Shown piece after piece: positions 18,690 through 32,878 of a stretch of DNA of 64,000 nt. The stretch is from the NCBI GenBank assembly GCA_044892505.1, contig CM097883.1, forward strand, positions 446,214,001-446,278,000, in the 5' to 3' direction. Each line of letters begins with the position of its first letter. The stretch's first letter is position 1. The notes beneath the pieces are model-generated. The model saw nothing but the letters and a program-made list of their open reading frames with translations. It did not search any database and was not told the DNA's origin. Source of the stretch: Schmidtea nova. Its lineage: Eukaryota. Position numbers and translations under genes: made by a program.

Positions 18690-21442
18690 ATATATTACCA
18701 ATCAAATCTGTGACTCCAAAGAGTGTTTCATTTGATCCACAAAATTACAATTGTCTTACAATATAAACCTTTATTGATTATCACAGTTAGTTACACGAAT
18801 TATAACAAATCGATCGATTCAACACTCAAGTAGGCAATTATATGGAGCTTATTGTAACAGTTCGTGAGGAATAGCTCCACGCGTATAACAATCAAAAACT
18901 CTAACAATCACTAGCCACTGATTAACTCAACAATTGCTTTCGATTGCCCTTGTTCTTTGACTTGACTTTATCAACTATTCTCTGACTCTTATCAATCCAA
19001 ATTTCTTTGTTTCGTTCAATTAAGTTATCTACGTCTCGATTCTCCACAATATCACGTAATTATACAATTTCAATTCAATTTCAAACAACACTTTTCTTCA
19101 ATTTTAGTACCACTTTTCTTCTCCAACTTTGCTTTTGATTTAGTTAAGATGACTTTCATTTTTTATAGTTTGCCATCTTCCGGAACTCATGGCACATCGC
19201 CTTTCCCACTACTGTATCTAATATTTTTCATTTTCTTTTTTAACTCCCATGTTGCCCCTGACAGTTTGGCTCTCGGGGTAATTGGTTTTTCTCCATTTCT
19301 GCTTATGACATTTCCCATACACTTTCATAGATTCCACATTAATGTTGACAGTTAGACACTCAGGTTAATTTGTTTTTCTCCTTTAATACTTCTGGCATTT
19401 CCCATACTTTTTTAAAGCTTTTATGTTATCTTGGACAACTGTCAATATACTGGTTTTGTTTTCGTGTTTTGTTTTCGTGATTTATTTTCGTGTTTTGGTT
19501 TTGTTTTCCAATTTCTGAATTCCATTCAGTTTTCTTGCACTTATCAGTTATAAGTGACTTTTCTCCGCTTTGTTGTTGAGTTTCTTTTCTTTTTTTATTC
19601 CTTCCTCATTTGCTACTTTTTTATTTTTCTTTTTTCTTCTCCAACTCCTGGTTGCAATCTCAATATCTCAATTACGATATCGGTTTTCCTCCAAGATATT
19701 CAAATTGTCTATTAAATCATTTGTTATTTAGGTATCCTCAACAATATTAAAATAAATTCTAAAAGATAGATGAAATTTACTTATACGTATTTAAATATTC
19801 TTATACAATTTTTTATATAATGAAAATATTAAAAAAATTGCAATATTTTATCTTATGATTTACATCTTATTTTTTTCACCTTTGATCTCGATTTTTTTAT
19901 TTCAGAAAATTTCAAAAAGTTTTTTATATAAAGACTATCAAAATTGCTTCTTTTAAGATTTTGTTTATATCCTTATTCTTTCAAACTATAGATCAATCTA
20001 TTTACAATTAACACAAATTTTCATCACTGTCTTCTTTGGAAAAAAAATATTTTAAAAAGACAGTGCAGGAATTTTGTGTGAATGGAAATAAAATTAAAAC
20101 TAACAGTTACAAAATTAAAGTACGTTTTGTTATATTACTCCATTACCTACTTTAATGAATACATATAATATCCCGAATATAACAACCTGGAAAAGGCGAC
20201 ATGTCGGTAGTGCTCATCTGCACCACACAAGAACAAATGCTTTAAGTGTTCAAGGTAAATAATTTAAAAAATAAGATATTTTAATGTATAATACCAATCC
20301 AGTTAAATAATAAGTACTCAGTCACCAAATTTCAGTAATTCCATTTCACTAGTTGTAAAAAAAAGATTGGCAAAAAAATCCTTCTATCTGCAGCAAGAAC
20401 CCGAAAGAGAGAATTTAGTGAAGAGTAGTTTCGGCAACTGAACTCACCTGCTCACTAGATTCTCGCCACCGTGTACAGTGCCGACATAGTTACCTGGGGA
20501 ATAACTATGGGTACATGCGTGTGATGGATTGATATTTATGTTGCCGTGCGGGTTGCATTGACCCATAGAAATCGTTATTAATTTTTACAACAACACCCAT
20601 ACCACCCAACACTAGTAGTAAAAAAAGATTGGCAAAAAATCCTTTCGACCTTGTAAAATATATAACATTATTAAAACAATTTGAAATCAGTGATAGCTAG
20701 TATTATAACTTTTATATTTAAAATCTTGAAAATATTCAAAGAATAAAAATATCTTTAAATTTATTTTAAATCTTTATACTAATAATAAATTGTCAGATAT
20801 TCATTTACTTTGTAATAAATAAATTCAGATAGATTTACAATAATATATTCAGCACAAAATAATTATGATTAACAGCGATTTCTGGAAACTTAATTTAATT
20901 TAAGATGGCTTTCGCTTTTTATAGTTTGCCATCGTCCGGCACTCATGGCACTTCGCCTTTCCCACTACTAAAAAATTATATTAAATTATAAAAAAATCAA
21001 ACAAATTATTTAACAAAAAGAAAAATTCAACTTTTTCGTTGCAAACTAATAACAATTTCTTCATTTATAAAAATCTGAAGAGAATTGTAAAATGTATTTG
21101 AAAAATGTGAAACTTTAGCACCGAAATGTCTAGTTAAACTGGGAATAGTGTAAACATTTTCTGTTATTTTATTTTACATTGACGTTAGCTAAACTTTAAT
21201 TATATAGATAATTACATAATTTGATAATCATTATTAAAGAGACTTTTGGAAATGTTTTTTTCGGTGGTTTAAGGTAAAGGCATTTTTTATATATGCATCA
21301 GAAAAACATGCCATTTCTAAATTGAATCTGCTCACGTTACGCTCACAAGACATTTGGTATGGTAATCTTGACATAGTCGAACACACAACATTGTGATTTC
21401 ATGTAGAAGTTTGAATTGATTCGGATGTATTTAATATGTTTA

Positions 21443-22166
21443 CAGTAAAACCTTGGATTGCGAGTATTTTGCAAGACGAGAGAATTTTTAAAATAAATTT
21501 TAACTTGATAAGCCAGCTAAGTCTTGTAATACAAGTAACGTGTATACGCATGTCTACCAACCGTCACGTTCGGTTTCAGTCGGTCGGTGTCGATGTGCTT
21601 TACATATTTACTCAACATACATATGAAGTATTGTTTATTTTCTTTCGAAACGTGGGTAATGAGTACATTTTGATAACAGTACTGTAACCATGGCTCCCAA
21701 AAAGAAAACTGTTGAAAAAGAAACAAGGTAAGAAAATGATTACGGGGGAAGTTAAGAAGGAAATCATCGAGAAGCACGCACGAGGTATGCGAGTGATCGA
21801 CATCCGAAGATTGTATTAAAAGTCTACATCGACTATTTGCACAATATTAAAGAAAAAAATTAAGCAGACTAGATGTAGCAAATGTTCCTTCCCGTGTGGA
21901 TACTGTGAAGGAAAACTGTATCCACGAGAAGGGAGAAATTTTGAACGCCAACCTCATAAACTGTATTATTTAATGTATGTGTATTACTTTTATGTACCTA
22001 TAAGTATTCTTTTTATTTCGTATTAAACATTTTATTTGAATAAATCTTTTGTTGTGGAAGGATTCATTGGTGTTCCCATTATTTGTTATTCGTTTGGATA
22101 AACGAGTGCTCCGGATTGCAAGTACGTTTCCGGAATGAATTAAGCTCGGTAACCGAGGTACAATTG
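21443..22166 (+). mobile_element. Tigger/pogo-like relic, duplicate copy
   Basis: Duplicate of 3939-4669. Confidence 0.7.
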
Positions 22167-23179
22167 TACTTAGTTCTTCCGTTTTAACTGCATGCTACAA
22201 ATGTGTAGGTGTAAATAACTCGAGTATTCTGTACATTTTTCTGATTATAGTATATTATTTTTAGAAATGCTGTATAAATGCAGCCTGTCTTTAAAAATAG
22301 AACAAAAATAACTGTTTTCACTTTTGATGTTTTATTCGCCTATTTCGTTTATTTTCATTCTTTCAGAATGAAAATGGTCAAAAATCCAACAATTAATATA
22401 TTTGTATATTTCAGAAAAATGAAATTGAAAAATTAATTTAAAAAAAAAATGAAATAAAATATCATTATTCTACAAACATTTAAATCAAAAATAAAAATCT
22501 TGATATAAATATAAATTTTTCGCCTCATTAAATTTTCTGAAAAAGAAAAAACTGCAAGAAAATAAATATTTTAAAATGGACGATATTTTTATGGCAATAT
22601 AAATCAAATTGTAAATCATAAATATCATCAAATTTGACCGACTAAAACAACATAACTATTTATCAATAAATAATTTTACAAAAAAAGAAATATCCACTTT
22701 TTCAATCAAAAAATTTAATATAAAAATTTTAATTCTTGTAATTTCAATTATAATTTCCTCGTTTCTGGCTTGATTTGAGAGAATATAAATATTTCAAGTT
22801 AAACTATAACTGGGAGATCATTTTCAATTAATTGCCAATTTAATAACCTTTTATTAATTTACTCTATTTATACTGAACTTCTAGCAACCACGTCAAAATA
22901 ACCATAAATTTGTTATAAAATTCTAGCAGTTGTTTCAGACAAATGAGCTGTAATGCTAGTCTAAAGTAATTAATATTTAGTGGCATATTTTTTAGTGACC
23001 GGCCTGATTATTTAAAAAAACTATAAATATTATTATTGATCTCGTGATATTATGGTGTACGTTAATAATAGCAATCACAAAACAGTATTTATTATTACTA
23101 GTGATATTCCGTCAAAAATGATGAACGTTTTCAAATTTTATATAAACCAAAAATATAATTCAAAAGTTCTTTATAATCT

Positions 23180-26100
23180 TGGGCCAGCCAAGTAGGGTTC
23201 GAATCCATAAATCAAATTAATTAAACAATAAATTAATTAAATGAATAAATCACAAATTACTAAATCGACAAATTACCAACATTATTAGGAAAATCTAAAA
23301 TGAAAATAAGATTAAAACAATAACTGATTAACAAAGAGAAAAGTATTTACCAGAATGACAACTGTGACAAAGCCTCAGGGAACGCAGCTGAAATAACTAA
23401 GTCAATAAAATTTAATATTAAAATATAATCCACCCATAATTCTAAGAAAAAAACAACAGAAACACTTATCTAAAAACAAATAAATGGGATTAAAATAAAT
23501 AAACCTAACAACCCGTTATTTATTAAACCAAATTACTGCACCACGAGAGAATCTAGAAGGAGAATTAAAAAACAATAAAAAACAATAAATTACGTAAGTA
23601 ATCCGAACCTAGAAAAATGAAACTAAAATTAATTTAAGAGACGGATTAAAAATAAATACCTGCCAATTATGGCAGCAGCAGCCGAATTTTTATTGGTTGA
23701 GAGCCGACACAAAATAGTATATATGCGGCAGTTAAATTCAGTTTTGTTAATGTCATTTTACCTTGAGACAATTTGGTATTTTGAGTTTACATTGGATAAT
23801 TGTAATCTTGGAAATAATAAAGGTATCATTTGATATTATGTGTTGTTAATTATTTTTTTTGGTTAAACCCTCATGTTTTATTTTGACTAAAATCGATAAG
23901 GGCACGTGCCGACGGGCGATAACTGGTCTCCCGACCCAAAACTCTTCGCAGTGTTAGGTGGTGCGGCGTACGAGCGCTAAATACTGGGGACTGGTTGCAC
24001 ATAGGGGGCAAATGATCACGAACATTTAATTTCATATGCACATTAGTATAAAATGGAGGACTACAACGATTGATTTATTAATTCACATGCATAGTACGAC
24101 AAAAAGATTAGTCCAAGACATTCAGACAGTTATTTTCAGAAAATTTGCAATACACCTACATGCATAGAAAAGTTGACGATGACGAATAGAAAAAACCCGA
24201 GTTGTTAGACGGACACTAACCACCCGAGAATAGTAGAATTACAAATGAATGAGACCAACGATAGGGTAAAGGATTTCGAATTCTGAGTAGATACATGCTC
24301 CGAACCACCCACATGTGAAAGCGGGAGAGGAATAAGACCAGCTTTAGCCGACATAATTTTTCATGAGTTAGAAAATGGGGATCCGTAATTAGATGTCAGG
24401 GTGAACTTTATCATGGATAATTTCTCAATCACGAGTAACTAGAATTTTTGACCATCTATTATCAGGGAAAGGTTGGATGCATGATCAGGAAAATGATTGT
24501 TTGGATGTTTGATGAGGAAATGATGAAGTAATGTCGAGGAATTGCTGTGCTTATAATTTTATACTTCAGAGGTTTTCGATCGATGATTGAGATGGAGTTG
24601 ACGGTTTACAGGAGGAAATGATTTATCCCAGAAACCACCGCATAGCTCGAGAGAATATGAATTGTAATTATTAATTCCAAAATTGAACCGGTAACAGCAG
24701 GGGAGATTAACGATTTTTGGTCAACTCAAGATCCGATTTTCATGGGAGAAACTATTGAATGGCAGTGTAGACTAATGATTTGGGGAAATTAGGAAACTAA
24801 GTAACAGATGGCAGACAGCTGAAAATAATTCATAGACAGGGGAATGGTTTTTGGTTTGATTAAAAATAAAGATTGCGTGAATTCTCAAATTTGGGGTATA
24901 AGCGTGCGGAATGATGATTGAGGGGAGTATGATGCTATCGTTCCGGAGTATGGATGAGAAAAAATGAAGTAACTCGCGTGGTAACCCTGACATAAAACTA
25001 TTATTTTTCCAGTCAATTTTGTTTGTTTCGTTATAGACCACATGAAGATTAAATCAAGTATGGAAAATAAAAGTTCCCCGAAAACGAGAGACGTCTATTA
25101 TTGAAATGGGAAAATTAATAAACCGGCGTTCTAGCCGTTGATAGACGTTCCGAATTCCGTTCAGGCCGAAGTAAACCAGCTCATGAGGCGATGGAGACGA
25201 GAATTTCGTTAACCCACTCCTTTTGAGTTATGGAAACTCCCCGACTCCGAGATAAGATGGGAAAGGGAATCCCACTGGCAGAGATCAGAGGGTTCTCTGA
25301 ATTTTATTCGCAAAAAATGGTCCGTAGAGATGAGGGACGAAACGGGGATGCCACAATGGCTTCTGCATTTCCAACCGATTGATATCCAAAAGCTGTACCA
25401 CTTGGGATACATCATCCTAGAGCAACCCCTCAACATTCGAACGGGAGAACTAATCAGTTATCCGAATCTACCATTGAGATTTCAAGAGTCATGTAAATCA
25501 CGATCATTATGGGCAGCTGACATCAAGTGGCAAGAAATCTTTTTGTATAAAGATAGTTTGTGCTGGAAGCCAAAATTTAGACTTTTACCTAACTGACAGC
25601 ATCAGCAGGGAAGACAGTGAGTATACGCAAGACTAGATCTGTGATTTTCAATGACTAAGTCTTACCATGAACTCAGTGGTCGATTCTCTTTATGTGAATC
25701 TTTAGGGTTTTATGAATAATTATTTCAAGTTGAATTTCATTTTTACGGTTTAAATTTGGTCGAGTGTTATTGGGATTTGCGTGATTGTCGAACGATGGAA
25801 TGCATGAAAGGGTGTATACCTGACTTTGTTATGGATTTCGAATATCGCGAGATTTAGACATTAGGTTAAAGAGATAAGTATAGTGTGATTAATAATTAAA
25901 CCTAAGATTGTTACTAGAGTTAAGTAGTATATACTTGTAGATGGAAAACCTTAGTAAATTCATCGACACCAACAGAAAACGACAGTTAAAGCGACGTATT
26001 CAGCTACTTGAAGGGAAGATAAACCGACAGGCACTTGAACTCGACGAGATAAGGCGAACGTGATTTAGCCCGACCACAATGAAGGAAGTATTAAAGAGTA

Positions 26101-26990
26101 AAAACAGAGTACAGCAAGCGTTCGACGAACAGTCTACGAAGCTGTCAGCTACTAAGTTAGAGTTAAATCGATGCCTGAAGACGGTCTAAGACGACGACAT
26201 TTTGAAAACCTGTAAGAACAAATTCGCACAATTTCGGTCGAGCGTTGGATTCAGCCTCATAGTAAAGCCATGGAAACGCAAAAAGAAGACGTATCACCCG
26301 TAGAAGTGACCAAAAGTGTTAACGAAATGCAAACAACGAACTCGATAAAACTCATTAAAACAAAGAGACGCAACAGACTGGGAGCAAAGAGACTTCACGA
26401 ACGAAGAGCCTTCGCAGAATTCATGGTGATCGAGATTGACCTTTAAAGTGGTCAAACGGAAAGGCAGTTGATTGATGTCATTAACACTAATGTATTTTTA
26501 GGTTAAATAAATGAATCATTTTTTGGAAATTTTGTTATCTTTGAATGAATTGGGAGCATGTATGTGAAACCCATGTGTAAATGAACCTAATTAAATCAAA
26601 TAAAAGGGACATAATTGAAACCAATAAAACCTTCTATCGGTTGAAATGGACCCGTAGTTGATAGGGGAATAGTAACCGCAGGGTAGCTCACCTGCCCTAT
26701 TAGTCTACATCGCTCAGTACATTACCAAAGGGAGGCGCGATTAGGAACAAATCGCGGGCACTGACTCCAGGGTAAATTTTTATGTTGGCAAGGTTACCCT
26801 AATCTGAACACCTCATACAACCAGTGGTTAACATCCACCAACACACTAACAATAATATTTTTGGTGAATGCTATTGAGTCATCAAATAATCATAGTTAAA
26901 CGCACGTGTAATAATTCGCAAGTTTTCTGATTGAAAAATCGGCCAATCAGCGCCCTTTAAAAGCTTTACATCCGGCATACAGACATTGTT
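23180..26990 (+). mobile_element. Unclassified two-ORF repeat element, copy 1 (ORF A ~25135-25596, ORF B 25941-26446, both with stops)
   Basis: LIDVPNSVQAEVNQLMRRWRRE..PFELW and IRRT*FSPTTMKE...ATKLELNRCL align with the ORFs at 38468-39434 and 48017-49145. Confidence 0.6.
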
Positions 26991-26994
26991 ACAT

Positions 26995-27135
26995 NNNNNN
27001 NNNNNNNNNNNNNNNNNNNNNNNNNNNNNNNNNNNNNNNNNNNNNNNNNNNNNNNNNNNNNNNNNNNNNNNNNNNNNNNNNNNNNNNNNNNNNNNNNNNN
27101 NNNNNNNNNNNNNNNNNNNNNNNNNNNNNNNNNNN
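26995..27135. other. Assembly gap (N run)
   Basis: Run of N. Confidence 1.
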
Positions 27136-27282
27136 ATAAGCCTTTGCTGCAATAACAATGTTCTCACTTAAAAAATTATTATAGCAATAAAGGCTTATTT
27201 TTTGCTTATTTATTAATTAATTTAATACTTAATGCTGCTACCAAGGAATTAGCATATTATACTATTATTACTTTGTTGTTAC

Positions 27283-27372
27283 TATTATTATTATTATTAT
27301 TATGAAGATTTTAATTATTATTATTTTTGGTTATTATAATTTTCATTTTCATTATTATTAATATTTATTATG

Positions 27373-27432
<60 letters not shown>
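27283..27432. repeat. (ATT)n microsatellite
   Basis: Near-perfect ATT array, purest at ~27372-27432. Confidence 0.95.
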
Positions 27433-27435
<3 letters not shown>

Positions 27436-27895
27436 GCAAATTAACAAACAAATTTCGGTAAAATGAAACGATAAAAATGAAATATAAAGATTACTCAACT
27501 AACTTTCAAATTTAATTATTCAATTAATTCTTAATTTATTTAGGTCACTTTTCATTTTATTTTCTGTTTTTTGGACAATTTTCAATCGTTCGGATCCCAC
27601 ATTGCTTCGTTCAAAGTGAACAAACGAATAAAATATTCCGGTAGTTTTTATTATTCCAAAGTAGCGATAAAAATTAAATTGTTGAAGCTAATGAATGACA
27701 CCCATCCGATTCTCTTTATTTCTCTCTTACCAACTAAATCAGCGTTATACAGTATTTATTTACCAGTTGTCCCTTGCAAAAATATTTTCTTTACGTTACC
27801 CTTCAACGATGAAGTCATTTTTTAAATGCTTCTTATTCTTTCTACTTTTAACCGGACTTAACCGGATATTACATAATACATTAATCTGGACCGAG

Positions 27896-29779
27896 TGTTA
27901 GGATCAACGGGGAAAAGGTTAAAACTTACGCAGAAATAAAATGGTAAGAGATTAAGTTATTAATTAACTATTTATTTATCTGATTTTTTTATCTGATTAT
28001 TTATCTGATTATTTACCTGACTCCAAATTATGTATTATTGTAATAGGTTGCGCTCACTATCGAATCATAGAATAACAAGAAACTCTTTCTCCCTTTAAAT
28101 ACTTTTATTGAATAATAATAATGTGTACAGATTTTATACAGAATAACAAAGATCAAGATCAACTGAGCAATGCCTCAATGATCCGCAAGCTATACGATGC
28201 CTTCTAATGAATAAATAAATATAACAGAGGGTAAGAAGCTAGAGATTTTGGGGCTACCCAGATATACAAAGACTGCCTAATATCTTGTATACGAATAAAA
28301 TTATTTACCTTGTTTTGTTAAACAGTAAAACTAGTAACGATGTACTGAAAATTTCTAAATTGCACTCTGCTTAAATACTAATTTGACTCGGGTTGTAATT
28401 GATATTTTCTTACCACGCTCTTTCACTGTTTCTGCTAGTCAGTTGATAAATTACTGCTAGCTCAAATTTTCTCTCTCTACTTCAATGTCAATTTAATTTT
28501 CACACTAGTCAGATGATTTAACTATCTGCTAGTTTTATCACTAGTAATTTACTTCTATCGATTTACTGGCCTGGATCGCTTATCACAATAATAAATTATA
28601 AACTAAATTGATTTTTTCGCAATACTTCTCCAAATAATAATTTTCACTTTTAATATTGATTTCTAAATTTTCTACTTCTCTTCTTTAAAATAAATATTGG
28701 TTTTGGTAAACCTAAAATGTTTCTCATCCTTTTCTTTAAGGTAAATATTGGTTTTGGTAAACCTAAATTTTATGCTCCCTTCAACTAAAAAATCATGGGT
28801 TTATATACTAAAATAATACTAGTAAAATTACTATAAATATACAATCATTAATTAAAGATTACTATTTATATTTAAATATATTTATATATTTATTTATGTT
28901 GTTGCAATCAATAAAGTGTTGACGAAAATCAACAAGAAATTATCTTGCAATGAAACAATATTCATCAACAACAGAAACACCGAATTTCATGATGCATTTC
29001 AATCAGCTGAATTTAAGGATAATGAAAATTGGTTTATTGATATATCCATCCAAGGATATAAAATCGATCAAAAAGAATCAATGTCTCCAATTTGGAAAAT
29101 AAAAAGCGCTGGAATTGCATAGATGGAATAGCATTGATGTCGTATATATGTGTATTTATTAATAAATGATGATAAATTCTGACTTGTTGTATTTTAAAAA
29201 TTTATGTTTTTTGAAAAGTTTCAAGTTTTTTAAACAATTATTGTTTGCCTTTCAATTCTCAGTAGATTAGTATAAAAATAATTAATTTCTGATTAATTTT
29301 TGAATTTTTGGAATTTCCCCGACTTGACCCTTTTTACGTGTAAAATTTGGTCGGGTGAGACAAATTTTTTTTGTTTTCATTTTTTGTGCATTTTTTTTGT
29401 TTGCCATTGAATTCTTAGTAGATTGGTATAAAAATTATTGAAATCTGAACATTTTTGAAAGTTTTGGAAAAAATGTTGAAAAAATTAATTTATTTTATAT
29501 TTTTTGTAAAAATTATGAAAAAATAAATAAAAATTAATAAATTTCAGTATTACGTCATCAATTACATAATAAAAATAGTCTATATGATAATTTTTAAATT
29601 ATTATAAAATTACGCAATATATAAAGTATTGCGTAATTTATAAAAAATGCGTAATAGAATCCCCCGGGGGAGGGGATGAGGGGGTAAACTTTATAATTAT
29701 TACATAATATTATACAGTTTACGGATAAATGGCTTGAAACCAAATTGTTCGCGGCTCCACACATCTACTGTACCTAACA
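27896..29779. mobile_element. Solo-LTR-like insertion (1884 bp)
   Basis: TGTTAGG...CCTAACA termini and 4-bp TSD CGAG (27892-27895, 29780-29783). The empty site GGACCGAGTGTGTCG is seen in the inverted copy near 17125-17140. Confidence 0.75.
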
Positions 29780-31059
29780 CGAGTATGTCGTTCTTTGGAA
29801 TTATTCGGAGGTATTCCCCTTGGTAAATTATATGAATACACATAGCTATAAATAACACTTGTAGAATTCAATAAATGTCTAACCTACCTACACAAGCTGT
29901 TCATTGAATTCTGTTTAATAAATTAAATTCGTGTTTGTCGTTTTACCAGGGGGTATAACTTAATTTCTTCTCATGCGTGACCAAGGAAGTTTATTTCATT
30001 TATAAAAATGAACTTTAGAGCCTTAAATTACTTATTATAATTTATTCTCGGTTCCTAGTCGGAACAAGAAAATATCCTATCCAAATACTCAAATTTGGTA
30101 CTCAGTATAATAAGTCTACCAGGTTAGATTTATAATGAAGACCAAAAAAATCCAGATTTTTAATGGCATGGATTTAAGTGATCAGTAAAAAAGTTTTAAT
30201 GAGGTGAGAACTCTGCCCCACTTTTTTCAGAATAGCAACAATTGCTAAGGTAAACACACACATTAATATATAGTCTCCGAGAAAGATGATGCCACGGTAA
30301 GCACACACATCAATATAGTCCCAGAGAAACGTATTGATATGGTAAACAGACACATTAAAGTGTAGCCGACTTATAAGCTATTGTTAAGGTTACCACACGT
30401 GTCTATATATAATTCCTGAAGTAGCTATGAATAAGGTAAACACAAACACACATTGTGTAACTTCCGTGACTACTGTTGGTAACGTCAAAACACGAAAAAC
30501 ATCAATTACTACCCATAACACAAACGATAATGTTTTTTCCTAATTAAATTTTATTATTACTTTAATTGACAGACCAACATTTCGAGTAGTTTGTATTTTA
30601 ACTGATGACTTTCGATATATTATATAATTTTGGTAAAATAAACTTTAGAAATTCGAATATGAGAACTATGAAAACGGATGAAACGAATGCGAGAATTGTG
30701 AGAGTAGTCGACATTTTATTAACTATTCAACAGAGGGGAACTATTAGAGCAGATGAAATTTATAAATGTTTGTAAGCAGAATAAAAATTTTTTTTACATT
30801 AAATAAAAAGATTGAAACAAATCATAAAAATATTACAGTAATCAGATGAAAACACCGAACAGTAAAACCGATTTTAAATCGATTTTTTAAAAATAATTAA
30901 AAATGATAAACTAAAGAAATATAAACCTAAATATAATGAAACCTATTATATTTAACAAAGTTTTATTCATTACAAATCTGAATCTGATATACAATTTGAA
31001 TTGAGTGATGGATCTGGATTTGGAACGCTAACATGATCTTTCGATTGATCAATAAACGA

Positions 31060-32543
31060 GTGACATCCCTTATAATGTTCATATGCAAGTCTTTCATTTT
31101 TTCCACCCAAAACCTTTTTACATCCAAGTTCGTTAAGGCTACTTTATCGTTTTTATTAGTAAATAATTGATGATCTTTGCCAACTATTCATGATTGAGCA
31201 ACAGAAATCATCGAACTATCATTTTAACACTCCAGGTACGGCTGATGGTTTAGGTCAGTACCCTTCAATGTTGTATCCTTAGCATTAATGCTCTCTTTTC
31301 ACTTAAAAGACTATAGCACTTGGCCTAAGAAAAACCCAATCCTTGTACTTGAGTCCTTTGAATTTTCCAATGACTGAATCAAGGTTTTTCGAGTACAAGG
31401 GATGCTTTGGGTCATAATTTAGTGTATTTAATAGCTTATCTCTAATCATAGCCGATAGAAGAACATCCAAATTACAATTCTGAACCTCCAAGAAGAAAGA
31501 GTTTGTATCACCTGCAACTATATTAACCTCGCAGTTAAATTCATTACGATATTGTTGTAATTATTCATACTGAAGTTGATATATTCTAAGTAAAAATAGA
31601 TCCAATATAGTTTGACCAATGTAGCTGTGTCTATCTAAACACATAGAGTCCTTATTAAGTAAGACAGAAATAAAGTTTTTCGAAAGGTAGATTTTGATGT
31701 ATATGTAATCAGTTTTGACGCTGAATTACTTTGTCGTAAATTATGTCGTTTCTTAAGAATATCTACAGTTTTAAACTAAAGATAATTATTTAAAAGTTTC
31801 TAATATGTCTTATCTTAAGCCTTATTTGAGAATTTGTGTCAATGTTATTTTTTAAAATGAGTTCCTGTTTGTGGCTACCAGCCCGATGAATCTTTATAAT
31901 TTTAAAACCCAATGAAAGAAAATGATTGGAAAGCCTCCAATGAAAAACATAGTTGAACTTGGACTAATGCGTAAGCATCAGTTTCTCAACATTTGAACCC
32001 GGCGCACACATCTTTTCTGCTGCAACGGGTAAATCATTTAATTCATCGTAAATTTCTGAAGGGATTCCAAGATCCACTTCAAAAGTCACACCATAAGTTA
32101 AAATAGCCAAATCGATATCCATTAAATTAATTAAATTATTTAATTCACATTTATCGATAATCCAAGAAAATTCTAAATATGGCAATTTTTGGCTTAAAGA
32201 CCACCCGTATAAATTATTAATATCAATGTAAAGCCTTTCAGTGCTTGTTGACAAATGCCAAACCACCACAGATTCCGCCTTCGAAAAAATTATAAATCTC
32301 CACATCCCGGAGCAACTCAATAGGTTCATCCAAGGTAATAAGTGCAGAAGCCCACGACATACCTAGAATTACCAAGAAATTCAAAGGATCATTGTCTGTT
32401 TTGAAGTTCTTTGTGACGTGGTTATATTTTTCGTGTTCTTGATGATTTCTTGTTTTTTGAAATACATATACATTAGGTTTACATATACTTGTTTTATTTC
32501 TGGCGTGTATTCGAATACTAATACCACATTGATGCGCGTACAT
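31060..32543 (-). pseudogene. Decayed protein-primed DNA polymerase B of Polinton/Maverick-adintovirus type
   Basis: Fragments in order: LGMSWASAL, IELLRDVEIYNFFEGGICGG, YIDINNLYGWSLSQKLPYLEFSW, FEVDLGIPSEIYDELNDLPVAAEK, YDPKHPLYSKNLDSVIGKFK..FLRP, NKNDKVAL..LDVKRF..LAYEHY. Multiple frameshifts and stops. Confidence 0.85.
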
Positions 32544-32878
32544 TGAATTGATTTTGCTATTTACAATTTCTAAAAGCGAATTTAATTCTTATGAAAAATA
32601 TACAAAATGTTTAAAACTTTGAATGAAGTATTAACTAAAGTCGAGTAAATCACACCTTATTAAAAATTATATAATAATTTATAAAAAAAATGCTAAGGAT
32701 AAAATTACAAATTTTTTTGTTTTTTTTAAAAGGATTTTATTTTTTATTTCGAAATTTTAACTATTTTCATAGATTTTATAACAAATGTATCCCCAATAAA
32801 TTAGTTCTAACCATAAAAATCATTTCGCCAGAAATTTATGTTTCAAAACTTCAATTGAAAAATAAATATTTATTTCAT

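Larger units (their letters stand above)
17505..25122 (+). repeat. Copy B of the tandem segmental duplication (lacks the LTR element; empty site at 22395-22399)
   Basis: Same sequence as copy A with the 7.8-kb element and one AATAT absent: CAATT-AATAT-ATTTG. Confidence 0.95.

Noticed and set aside
26871-27171. ORFs spanning N runs (also 53579-53907)
   Set aside because: Artefacts of assembly gaps.
30598-30625. CTGATGA cores (also near 35192, 39959 and 60186) as possible hammerhead ribozymes
   Set aside because: No flanking stems or correctly placed GAAA found by eye.
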